This document shows positions 47,665 to 56,833 of a stretch of 64,000 nucleotides of DNA, one piece after another. The translations under genes were made by a program, and so were the position numbers. How positions within the stretch are numbered: the first letter of the stretch is position 1; every line of letters starts with the position of its first letter. Below the pieces are notes generated by a model. It saw only the letters and a list, made by a program, of their open reading frames with translations, had not been told where the DNA came from and searched no databases. Origin of the DNA: a virus; the IMG/VR virus record IMGVR_UViG_3300027754_005796, positions 1 through 64,000 of that record, one strand, 5' to 3'.

Positions 47665-49121
47665 ATGAGCAAAGAAAGATCATGTGTGGAGATAGTAGGT
47701 TATGAGCACCTACATCTCCACACAGATTCCTTGCCCCCGGCAGAATATCTGTCGGGGGCGCAAAAAACTTTAGTACGCTTGACGGATATGGGACTGTAGA
47801 GGAGTATGCCTTAAGGTCCATTTCAAATAATCAGAATTTTCTCACGGTTACAGATCATGGAATGATGGGTGTCATTCCACGGCAAATTCGAGCCTGCGAC
47901 AAGATTTGTGACAAACACGGCAAAGATAAACTATCTCCAATATTTGGATGTGAATTGTATGTAAATCGTCTTCAGCCAGCTACTGAAGGCTTGGAAGACA
48001 TGCGTAAGTTTATGGCCGATCTCAATGAGGAAGAGGCATTTGAACTCAAGGCTAGTCCTCATCTTTTGGCAATTGCATACAACGAAACGGGTTATAAAAA
48101 TCTGGTCAGACTTTCCAGTTGGGGTTGGACTAAGGGCTTTTATCGCCGCCCCAGAGTCAACTATGAACAGTTGCAAAAGTATAAAGAGGGTTTGATATTT
48201 ACAAGTTGTTGTTACAACAGCGAAATTGGTAGAGCCTATGAGGCTGGTGGCGAAGAAGCCGCCTGTGCCATGATCGAGCGATATGTTGGCATGTTTGGCA
48301 AAGAAGACTTTTATCTTGAAATCATGCTCTTGGATTTCAAGAAACAAAAACCCTATGACGCTTTCATAGTCAAAGCCAAAGAAAAATATGGTTTGAAATT
48401 AATCATTACGAACGATGTGCATTATTGTAATAAGCAGGACAGTCATTTTCAAAGATTGATGCTCATGGTTCAGACAAACAGGAGTATCAAGGATATTCAG
48501 CGTGCTTTGGCCGAAGACAATATGCGAGACTTTTTTGAATTGCAGGATTCTAATTTGTGGTTTAAGTCCGAAGAGGAATTAAATGAAAAGTGGATCGTTG
48601 AATACAGCGATGTGATTCCTTATGAGTTATTTTGCGAAGCAAAGCGCACTACTGTTGAAGTTTGCCGTAAGGCTAAAGGTGTAGAACTTGACCGGAGTCT
48701 TAAACTTCCGCAGATACCTAATGCTGATGATATTTTGAAAGATGAAGTTCTGAGGGGTGCGAAGTTCCGTGGAATTCCACACACGAGAGAATATTTAAAT
48801 CGAATCAAGGAAGAATACAGCTTGATCATTCGTAAGGGCTTTGCAAGTTACTTTTTGATACAAAAGATGATGACAGACGAGGCACGCAGAGTTTGCGTTG
48901 AGCTTCTTGGGTGGGGAGATGGTTCGCAAGCTTTGGGTCCCGGTCGTGGGAGTGCTGTGGGAGCTTTGACTTGTTACTGCTTGGGTATTACGAATGTTGA
49001 TCCCGTGAGAGAAGGATTGTTGTTCAGTAGATTTCTTTCTGAGGCCCGTGGTGGCAGGTCTTTGGTCCTTGAGTTCAAAAATATTGATCCATTGCCGCCA
49101 CATGAGGCTTTTAAAGATTAA
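47665..49121 (+). CDS. dnaE: DNA polymerase III alpha N-terminal half (PHP plus start of palm), interrupted by a 41-nt insert
   Basis: Frame from ATG 47665 gives YEHLHLHTD; a different frame resumes FSTLDGYG at 47769 and continues TDHG, GCE, TNDVHY, GPGRGSAVG, LLFSRFL to TAA 49121. Confidence 0.85.
47728..47768 (+). other. 41-nt hairpin insertion (candidate recoding/bypass element or micro-intron)
   Basis: TCCTTGCCCCCGGCAGAATATCTGTCGGGGGCGCAAAAAAC; 12-bp stem 47733-47744/47748-47759; removal restores HTD-FSTLDG. Confidence 0.75.
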
Positions 49122-49125
49122 AAAA

Positions 49126-49150
49126 AACACGGGGCATAAACCCCGTGTTT
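49126..49150. terminator. Bidirectional terminator between convergent genes
   Basis: AACACGGGG-cataaa-CCCCGTGTT flanked by A and T tracts. Confidence 0.7.
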
Positions 49151-49160
49151 ACTTTGTAAA

Positions 49161-50156
49161 TCAATATCCACGCATTTTGCGCATCATGGGATTATCCTTC
49201 ATGGCATCGAGAGGCTTGTGCATCTTGCGCATCATGGGATGATTCCTCATGGCATCGAGAGGCTTCTTCTTGGGCATATCCAAGTCTAAGTCTCCGTGTT
49301 CGTCGCCGTGCATGTCTTCATCATCATGGTGCATGCCTTCGTCGTCTTCGTCATGCTCATCTTCATCGCCGTGCATGTCTTCATCATCATGGTGCATGTC
49401 TTCGTCGTCTTCGTCATGATCGTCTTCGTCATGATCGTCTTCGTCTTCGTGCTCGTCGTCATGGTGCATATCTTCATCATCGTGATGATCTTCTTCATGA
49501 TCTTCGTCGCCAATTGGAGGACCGACCATTTCTCCAACCGCCTCTGCCAGTTTGCGGGCAAAAGTGTAGTCGGTTTCCATAAGATGAGTTACGACAGGCA
49601 TCGATTCTGGTTGTTGTGCCATGTATGCGAAGACGCTCTCAAAAATGCCCTTACGGCGCATTTCGAGAACAACATCAGCGATGTAAGAGTAGTTGCGTTG
49701 GCAAACAGAAACTGTCTCTCGGATTGCGTCATAAGCAACGCTTGTGCCTTCGTCCAAACCCTTCATTCGCTGTGTCCTAACTTTCTTAGCAAACTCAGCC
49801 AAGCTTAATCCCTTAGTTTTGTTGATCCATTCGCTGGTCTTGATATTGGGATAGCTCTTCAGTTCTTTATTGGAAACCGTATTTGTATGTTGGGTCTTGG
49901 GCATGTAATGGTGGCTCTTGTCTCCCTTGTGTCCGAGGCCATCTTTTCCATGTCCCTTGTTGGGGTCGGGAGCGTTTTTACCGCCTTTGTATGGGTGAAC
50001 TTTACCGCTTTGTCCTTTGCCTCCCGAGTGTTCAGGGGTTTTGCCAAATTCAGGAGCAGCGGGGCTGGGTCCATCATAATCGGAAACAACTGCAATCTTG
50101 GGCTTTTTGTTGCCTTTTTGTGTATCGAGAAACTCGTGAAATTTCATGTATCCCAT
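49161..50156 (-). CDS. His/Asp/Glu-rich repeat protein (MKFHEFL N-terminus; putative virion internal or scaffold protein)
   Basis: HHDDEDMHGDE repeats; tandem KPLDAMxxxPMMRKM at C-terminus; GGAG SD. Confidence 0.75.
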   Translation of the reverse strand: MGYMKFHEFLDTQKGNKKPKIAVVSDYDGPSPAAPEFGKTPEHSGGKGQSGKVHPYKGGKNAPDPNKGHGKDGLGHKGDKSHHYMPKTQHTNTVSNKELKSYPNIKTSEWINKTKGLSLAEFAKKVRTQRMKGLDEGTSVAYDAIRETVSVCQRNYSYIADVVLEMRRKGIFESVFAYMAQQPESMPVVTHLMETDYTFARKLAEAVGEMVGPPIGDEDHEEDHHDDEDMHHDDEHEDEDDHDEDDHDEDDEDMHHDDEDMHGDEDEHDEDDEGMHHDDEDMHGDEHGDLDLDMPKKKPLDAMRNHPMMRKMHKPLDAMKDNPMMRKMRGY

Positions 50157-50226
50157 AATTTCATCTCCGTTCTATTGTTCAGTTCGGTGGCTTTATAAAA
50201 CTCAACCTCTGCAACTATATAATGAG

Positions 50227-50255
50227 TTGACTCTAAAAAAACTTTAGTATAAAAT
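50227..50255 (+). promoter_or_regulatory. Sigma70 promoter for tmRNA
   Basis: TTGACT, 17-nt spacer, TAAAAT. Confidence 0.75.
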
Positions 50256-50265
50256 ATAAAAACAT

Positions 50266-50615
50266 GGGGTTGTACTGGTATCGATTCAGACTCATAATCC
50301 CTAAGTGGCACGCAGAGGTTGGCCGAACGGACTCTTAAAAATTCGGCTGTCGATATAAACGACGAAACTGTTCACGCTTTGGCTGCTTAATTTAAGCAAC
50401 CACGAACCTAGGGGGCGATGTGGGTAGCGCCCGAAGGTTCGACGCTAAATCCTGCTGGTTTTGTGGCTCCAACGACCACTTAACGAGACAAAGTTGGTAA
50501 GGCCGAAGCAAGTTTTGTTCTTGGTACTTGCAAGGTTTGATTAAACAAAGAAACAAGCGTGTAGAGGCTTAGAGAGAGTGGTTTGAAGACAGGGGTTCAA
50601 CTCCCCTCAACTCCA
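50266..50615 (+). ncRNA. ssrA: tmRNA
   Basis: 5' GGGGTTGtactggtatcga; 3' T arm GACAGGGGTTCAACTCCCCT and CAACTCC-A; G3-U acceptor pair; tag frame GAC GAA ACT GTT CAC GCT TTG GCT GCT TAA (50361-50390) = (A)DETVHALAA. Confidence 0.95.
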
Positions 50616-50617
50616 CT

Positions 50618-50650
50618 AAAAAATCCGTTGTTAATACAGCGGATTTTTTT
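50618..50650 (+). terminator. tmRNA terminator
   Basis: AAAAAATCCGTTG...CAGCGGATTTTTTT. Confidence 0.75.
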
Positions 50651-50711
50651 GTTTGCCTCACGGAGATTGCTTTTTTATAATATATCAAAGCCATCTTTAC
50701 AGGGGTATTCG

Positions 50712-51932
50712 ATGAAAATTTCAATTTTTACACCGACTCACAATACCAAGTACCTTGGTAGATTATACGAAACGATTAAGAAGCAAACATATCAAGATTA
50801 TGAATGGGTGATTGTGCCAAACAATGGAACAGAGATAAATCTTGAGCCTAATCCCAAAATCAAGATTTTCCCCACTAATGATTCCTCCAATATTGGATTT
50901 CTCAAGAATTATGCTTGCAGCAAGTCTACGGGCGAAGTTTTTTGTGAAGTAGATCATGATGATGAGCTCTTTCCAACCGCCTTGGAAGAGTGTGCCAAAG
51001 CTTTTCAAGACCCAACGGTTGATTTTGCATATAGCAATTGTTGTGATGTTGGAGAAAATTACAAGCCAAGGTTTTTTGGCGAGGCTTTTGGTTGGGTCAA
51101 CAGAAATACTGAATATGCTGGTCGAACTTTAATTGAGACTGTAGCTTTTCCTCCAAATCCTGAATCTGTAAGTAAAATCTGGTATGCCCCTAATCACTTC
51201 AGGGCATGGAGGGCAAGTTTCTACGCCAAAATTGGCGGGCATAACCCTAATCTTGACATCCTCGATGATCAAGATATCATGTGCAGAACTTATATTCAAG
51301 GCAAGATGCATCATATCGACAAGCCTCTTTATGTTTATCATTTGCACCCAGAGAACACATGTTACGGCGAAAAGAATGCCAAGATTCAGACCATGACCTT
51401 GGACCTGCATGATCAGTACATTTATCCGATGGTTGAGAAGTGGTGTGACATCAACAATTTGCCAAAAATTGATCTTTGCGGAGGGTACAGCAAGCCTAAA
51501 GGATATACCAGTATTGATCTTCTGAATGGCGATATAAACGCAGATTTGAATCAGCGATGGCCTTTTGAGGATGGGACGGTTGGTTTATTCAGAGCTCACG
51601 ATGCTCTGGAGCACATCAAGGACCCGATTCATGTGATGAAGGAAGCTTATCGTTGCTTGGCACCAAACGGTTGGTTTTTGACTTTTACTCCCTCCACGGA
51701 TGGCAGAGGGGCTTTTCAAGACCCAACTCACATCAGCTTCTGGAACAGCAACAGTTTTTGGTATTACACCAAGGCAGAAACTGCGAAGTACATCAACACT
51801 CCCGTTAAGTTTCAATTGAACAGGATCAAGAATTATTTCCCTAATGAGTATTGTGAATTGCACAATATTGTATATGTTAAAGCAGACTTATTGAAATTCA
51901 GCGGTCGCACTCCGGGCGCTATTGAAATATGA
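50712..51932 (+). CDS. GT2 glycosyltransferase fused to a methyltransferase-like domain
   Basis: ISIFTPTHN, EVDHDDEL DxD motif; C-terminal IDLCGG, HDALEH, EAYRCLAPNG, FQDPTH; start ATG 50712 with AGGGG SD. Confidence 0.85.
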   Translation: MKISIFTPTHNTKYLGRLYETIKKQTYQDYEWVIVPNNGTEINLEPNPKIKIFPTNDSSNIGFLKNYACSKSTGEVFCEVDHDDELFPTALEECAKAFQDPTVDFAYSNCCDVGENYKPRFFGEAFGWVNRNTEYAGRTLIETVAFPPNPESVSKIWYAPNHFRAWRASFYAKIGGHNPNLDILDDQDIMCRTYIQGKMHHIDKPLYVYHLHPENTCYGEKNAKIQTMTLDLHDQYIYPMVEKWCDINNLPKIDLCGGYSKPKGYTSIDLLNGDINADLNQRWPFEDGTVGLFRAHDALEHIKDPIHVMKEAYRCLAPNGWFLTFTPSTDGRGAFQDPTHISFWNSNSFWYYTKAETAKYINTPVKFQLNRIKNYFPNEYCELHNIVYVKADLLKFSGRTPGAIEI

Positions 51933-51998
51933 TTCAAGAGATGATTGCGGGGAAAAATATCTGGAATTTGGCTAACCCGGTAGATAAAGGTTAATTTT

Positions 51999-53537
51999 AT
52001 GATTCTTGCAGCATACGGCTACCACGATTCAAGTGTGTGTCTAAAAGATGGTGATCAATATTTTGTTTATGAGTTTGAGCGTTTTGCAAGAAGACGCTAT
52101 GCCGTATTAACTAAATGGTATATTGCACCGCACCAGATTGTTACAGATGAAGAATTTTTGGGGTTTTTCGATCACATCAAACAACAACACAAATTAAAAG
52201 AAATTGATGTATTTTATCATCATGAAATTTATCCTGATGATATCACACTCATCAAAAAACTGTTTGATGTAAAAGAATTTGTTCGATACGACCATCATTA
52301 CGCTCACGCAGCAAGTGTTTATAGACAAAGTCCTTTTCAAGACTGTTTCATCATCTCATACGATGGCAACGGCCAGAATAAAGATGATAGCATGAGTAGT
52401 TTCACCTTTTGGGAGGCGAGAAAAAATAAAATCAATTTGATCAAGGACTTTCAGCCTTGGGAACCATATAGTCTGGGCAACTGTTACATTTCGTTGTCTG
52501 GCGCTATGTCTTCAATAAAAAGCCATGAGAATTTGTCACGCCCCGGAAAATTGATGGGATTTTCGGGATATGGGACGGCAGTTGAGGCTTGGAAACCTCA
52601 TTTTGAAAAGTTTTTTGAGGGTGGTCATATCGAACACTTTGAAGAACTTCGTCACAATTTGGATATGAGTTTGGACAGAGACAGCTTGTCTGGTCAAATC
52701 GAAATGGATTTCGCAGCAACCATTCAATGGGCATTTGAAAATAAATTTTTCAAAGTTTTTAATTCTTTGAACATTCCGTCTGGTGCTAATATTTGCATAA
52801 CAGGTGGATGCGCCTTGAATATTTTGGTTAATCAGCGTTTATTCGACATGGGCTACAAGGTTTATGCTTCGCCTGTAAGTGGCGATTGCGGTCTTACTAC
52901 GGGCATGGTTGCCGATTATTATGGCGACAGAAATGTTGATGTCACATATCAAGGTTTTGATATACTAGACAAGGACTACAGAGATAGTGCTTTTACGGAG
53001 AAGCCTGTAAACACCGCAGAACTTGCGAAAATGCTTTGTTATGATCGAAAGATTCTTGGATATATTTGTGGACGCAGCGAAGTTGGACCAAGAGCTTTAG
53101 GCAATAGAAGTATTTTGTGTTATCCAGACATAGCTGGACTTAAAGATCGTCTTAATGCTGAAATTAAATTCAGAGAATGGTACAGGCCTTTTGGTGCTAT
53201 CTGCAAACTCGAATCTCTATCCAAATACTTTGAAAATGCTTGCGAATCACCATACATGAACTTCTGTCCTGTGTTAAAGCCTGAATACAGGTTTGATTCG
53301 ATTACTCATATTGACCAGACTTGTCGAATTCAGACTGTCACTCGTGAACAACACCCAGAAATCTATGATTTGTTGACAGAAATGGAAAAACTAGGCGCTG
53401 TGGGTCTTTTGTTGAACACATCTTTCAATATAAAAGGCCTACCAATTTTGACAAGACTCAAGGATGCATTTGACAGTATGCATCAAACCAAATTAGATGG
53501 TTTTTATTTCAATGGTAGGTATTTTGGAAGGAATTGA
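51999..53537 (+). CDS. NodU/CmcH-type carbamoyltransferase
   Basis: HDSS, HHYAHAAS, YDGNG, GKLMG, GGCALN, EVGPRALGNRSIL, KFREWYRPF, HIDQTCRIQTV, LLNTSFN. Confidence 0.92.
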   Translation: MILAAYGYHDSSVCLKDGDQYFVYEFERFARRRYAVLTKWYIAPHQIVTDEEFLGFFDHIKQQHKLKEIDVFYHHEIYPDDITLIKKLFDVKEFVRYDHHYAHAASVYRQSPFQDCFIISYDGNGQNKDDSMSSFTFWEARKNKINLIKDFQPWEPYSLGNCYISLSGAMSSIKSHENLSRPGKLMGFSGYGTAVEAWKPHFEKFFEGGHIEHFEELRHNLDMSLDRDSLSGQIEMDFAATIQWAFENKFFKVFNSLNIPSGANICITGGCALNILVNQRLFDMGYKVYASPVSGDCGLTTGMVADYYGDRNVDVTYQGFDILDKDYRDSAFTEKPVNTAELAKMLCYDRKILGYICGRSEVGPRALGNRSILCYPDIAGLKDRLNAEIKFREWYRPFGAICKLESLSKYFENACESPYMNFCPVLKPEYRFDSITHIDQTCRIQTVTREQHPEIYDLLTEMEKLGAVGLLLNTSFNIKGLPILTRLKDAFDSMHQTKLDGFYFNGRYFGRN

Positions 53538-53538
53538 A

Positions 53539-54033
53539 ATGGAACCAATCTTGCTTTCAAAAGAGTATATTCTTGTAATCGATACTGACAAAATAGCATA
53601 TGATTTTTACAAGGAGCTTTGCTCATATTGCACGGGATTCACTCATGAGTCTGCAAGAGATAATTTGTTTAGCGATATGTTTGACGAAGAAGTAGAAGAG
53701 GCAAATTTATTTGCCGAAATGATTTCAGACAGATTGGACGATGATGGCTACCTTGCTCCATCTTGCGTCTGGTTGAACAAAAGATATCGCTGCAACGATG
53801 TCGGTAGGTATGAATTGCTGGATGAAAATAATTTCGAGGAATATTCTTGTCCAGCGCCCATGAGTATAGGAATATTTCTCAGTCAAGAGCCAGAGCAACG
53901 GCATTTGGATGTGATTAAACAAAGAGCCAAACAATTCTTTGAGAAAGTTTGGAAACCAGCCGGTGTTGTGGCAATCGAAGGTTTTAGGCTGATCGTCCAT
54001 ACCAAATATGGTGAGGAGAGGATCATAGACTAG
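53539..54033 (+). CDS. Hypothetical protein
   Basis: ORF 53497..54033; probable start MEPIL after AGGA. Confidence 0.6.
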   Translation: MEPILLSKEYILVIDTDKIAYDFYKELCSYCTGFTHESARDNLFSDMFDEEVEEANLFAEMISDRLDDDGYLAPSCVWLNKRYRCNDVGRYELLDENNFEEYSCPAPMSIGIFLSQEPEQRHLDVIKQRAKQFFEKVWKPAGVVAIEGFRLIVHTKYGEERIID

Positions 54034-54085
54034 ACTTTTTTCACATTTGTGTTATCTTGATTTGTCGAAATAATCGAGGCAGCAC

Positions 54086-56833
54086 ATGAGTCGTGAAGAA
54101 TTTATACATGTTTTGGACAAGGCATTCAAGAATAGCGGACACGCCAATGATGTCCGTTATCAGAAAAGGTATAAGTGGGAATTTGATGAGATTTTAGGGA
54201 AAGAAAAATACCAGTATTTTTTTGATCTGTATAAAACAAAAACTCGCTATCCGCAGAATCAAAACAATCTTTTGGTCTGCAAGTTATTGGGAATTGTTCC
54301 CGATTTTGATATAGATAAAGAACCCGCCTATGTTTTTACAGGCGATTTGCCAGATATCGATATCGACTACTTGCCTGCTGTGCGTGATTATTTAAAAAAC
54401 ACTTGGGCAAGTAAGACATTTGGCGAAGAGTATGTTTGCAATATTGGGAACTACACTACTTTTGGATTAAAGTCCGCTCTGATTGACATGGCTCGTGTCC
54501 ATGATGAATCTCGTGAAGAGATAATGGCGATTACTAAAAACTTAGAGGCGAAGGATGATGAAGGTAATCCCATGACTTGGGACGCTGCCTTGCGTTTGAA
54601 TTTAGAGCTTAAGGAGTATGCTGATAAGTATCCACAGATCGCAGATGCTGCTCGTAGATTGGTGAACCGCAATCGTGGCATGGGTGTTCATGCTGCTGGG
54701 CTTATTGTTTCAAGCATTCCCCTGCATGATCTTGTGCCCTTGGTGAAAAGAAAAGATACCCCACAGGCATCGGCATGGGTGGAAGGCTTGCATGGTCAGG
54801 ACTTGCAGCCTGTAGGGTTGGTAAAGTTTGATTTACTGGTTATTTCAAACTTATTGCAGATTGCTCGGTGTTGTGAATTGGTTAAGAATCGTCGTGGCTT
54901 AAAGGGCATTTGCAATCGTCCAAACGAACCCGACTGGACAGATGTTGATCAATGGCGAAACGATCCTGAAGCACTTTCGATGGCAAATGCCGGTGATCTG
55001 AAGTGTATTTTCCAGTTTGATAGCGAGGGCATGCGAGGTCTTATCCGTTCTGGTGGTGTTGATCGATTTGAAGACTTAGTGGCCTATTCTGCGCTTTTTA
55101 GGCCGGGTTGCTTAGCGTCAGGTATGACCAAGCGTTATGTTGAACGCAAGAAGGGTCGTGAGAAATTTTCTATCCATCCTCTGATGCAGCCCATTCTTGA
55201 AAAAACTTATGGGATTATGGTCTATCAAGAACAAATCATGCAGGTATTGTATGTGGTCGGTGATATTCCTTTAAAAGACTGTGAAATTATTCGTAAAGCG
55301 ATCAGTAAGAAGAAGATTGAGGCTTTTATCAAATATAAAGAAATGTTCATTGTCAATGGACAAAGGAATCTGCAAGCTTCAGAAGAATATTTGGTTGAGC
55401 TTTTTCAGCAGGTCGAGACATTTTCAGAGTACGGGTTTAACGCTTCTCATGCAGTTGCTTACAATTACATTTCTAGCATGTTGTTGTATCTCAAAGCCCA
55501 TTATTCTCATGAGTTCTATGCTTCTATGTTGAGTTGTGAAACTCTGAGTGAAAAAATCAAGGATTACAAAATGGAGGCCAAGGTGCATGGGGTGGACATG
55601 CATCGTCTTGATATCAATAAATCTAAGGTCAATTTTGAATTGATTGGCGATATGATTTATTATGGGTTTTCAAAGGTGAAGGGAATAGGAGACAAACCAG
55701 CAGAAAAGATTGTCGCTGGGCAACCTTACAAATCGTTCGAGGACTTTTTGTATCGTTGCACAACTGACTCATCTATTTTGAAACCAATTCTTGGTTTGCG
55801 TTGTTTTCGTGATCGTGATCCAGTTGTGCTTTGGAAGTTTGCTGATCATTTCAAAGACTGCATGAAAAAGAATGACGATAAAAAAAAGCGATATGAAAAG
55901 TCGTTGGAAAAGTATGAAATGGAGTTCAAGGAGCTTGTCCCATCTGATACTAGACTTTTGAGTGATTTTTCCGGCGATCAGCCTTTTGATGCTGATGAAT
56001 GGAAAAAGTACGATGTCAACGAACTAGTGGATGTGGATCAAGAAACTGAGTGCGAGCAGTCCGAGGGAGGCGAGGCAAGGATCGTTAAGGAAGAAGTGAC
56101 AGTTGATGATACTGATGTGTTGGTTGAGCGTGAAGTCACACGCTATTTCAAGATTGTAAAAATCAAAAAGCCTAGAAATGTTTTGGTGCAATTAAAGAAG
56201 TTGTGGAAGAAGCGAAAGCTGACCATAGATCGCCGTATGAATGCGACTTTCAAGGAATTGCCTCAGTTGGTTGAGTTTAATGGTGATGAGCATCAAATTG
56301 ATGATAGTCTTTTGAAGGAATTGCGTGATCCGGTCCAATGTGAGCAGCTTTATTATGGATGGGCTTGGATACATGAATTGGAGCGCAGTCCAGACTACAA
56401 GGGGAATCTGACTTTTGATGCTCTTCGCAACAATATTGATCAAGTTGCAGGTCCTGCGGAATTACAGATTAAGAAAAGCGCATCTGTAAAGAGTCAGAAG
56501 GGAACGACATATAGGCAGATAATTGCTGAGGATGTGACTGGACAGGAGAATAAGATCAATATTTGGGCCGAGGATTGGGGGCGTTGGGCAGAAGAATTTA
56601 AAGTTGGTAACTTACTTAGAGTACGGATACAGCCTCCGTCTGGCGGGTTCAATACTTTTACTTTGGAATCGAACCAGCTAGGCAAATACCGTGGCAGCAA
56701 AAAATATCGGGACAAGGATGATGATCCAAGGGTTTTTGTCATGCAATTTGGCAAGAAAGAAGAGGAAAAATTTCTTAGCGACGAGGAGGCATTGTTACAG
56801 TTTTCGGCTTGTAAAATGAAAGAGAAACCATGA
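54086..56833 (+). CDS. dnaE: DNA polymerase III alpha C-terminal half (catalytic palm, fingers, HhH, OB fold)
   Basis: DLPDIDID, GVHAAG, LVKFDLL, IFQFDS, ALFRPG, TYGIMVYQEQ, YGFNASHAVAY, GFSKVKGIG. Confidence 0.92.
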   Translation: MSREEFIHVLDKAFKNSGHANDVRYQKRYKWEFDEILGKEKYQYFFDLYKTKTRYPQNQNNLLVCKLLGIVPDFDIDKEPAYVFTGDLPDIDIDYLPAVRDYLKNTWASKTFGEEYVCNIGNYTTFGLKSALIDMARVHDESREEIMAITKNLEAKDDEGNPMTWDAALRLNLELKEYADKYPQIADAARRLVNRNRGMGVHAAGLIVSSIPLHDLVPLVKRKDTPQASAWVEGLHGQDLQPVGLVKFDLLVISNLLQIARCCELVKNRRGLKGICNRPNEPDWTDVDQWRNDPEALSMANAGDLKCIFQFDSEGMRGLIRSGGVDRFEDLVAYSALFRPGCLASGMTKRYVERKKGREKFSIHPLMQPILEKTYGIMVYQEQIMQVLYVVGDIPLKDCEIIRKAISKKKIEAFIKYKEMFIVNGQRNLQASEEYLVELFQQVETFSEYGFNASHAVAYNYISSMLLYLKAHYSHEFYASMLSCETLSEKIKDYKMEAKVHGVDMHRLDINKSKVNFELIGDMIYYGFSKVKGIGDKPAEKIVAGQPYKSFEDFLYRCTTDSSILKPILGLRCFRDRDPVVLWKFADHFKDCMKKNDDKKKRYEKSLEKYEMEFKELVPSDTRLLSDFSGDQPFDADEWKKYDVNELVDVDQETECEQSEGGEARIVKEEVTVDDTDVLVEREVTRYFKIVKIKKPRNVLVQLKKLWKKRKLTIDRRMNATFKELPQLVEFNGDEHQIDDSLLKELRDPVQCEQLYYGWAWIHELERSPDYKGNLTFDALRNNIDQVAGPAELQIKKSASVKSQKGTTYRQIIAEDVTGQENKINIWAEDWGRWAEEFKVGNLLRVRIQPPSGGFNTFTLESNQLGKYRGSKKYRDKDDDPRVFVMQFGKKEEEKFLSDEEALLQFSACKMKEKP

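Noticed and set aside
47762-47768. Classical A_AAA_AAC tandem -1 frameshift site
   Set aside because: The heptamer is phased in the downstream frame, not the incoming one, and the hairpin is 5' rather than 3' of it.
47862-49121. DnaE-N starting at Met 47862 as in the ORF track
   Set aside because: This start omits the HxH, DG and TDH PHP ligands that are clearly encoded upstream.
49286-49808. Hydrophobic V/F/I/M + strand ORF and K/T/M-rich ORF
   Set aside because: Shadows of the His/Asp repeat gene.
50583-50711. N-terminal extension of the GT2 ORF
   Set aside because: It overlaps the tmRNA 3' end and terminator; ATG 50712 has an SD.
49050-54345. Split intein or trans-splicing intron joining the dnaE halves
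   Set aside because: No intein start after RFLSEAR, no HN-C/S/T before PDIDID, and no intron-like sequence flanks the break.
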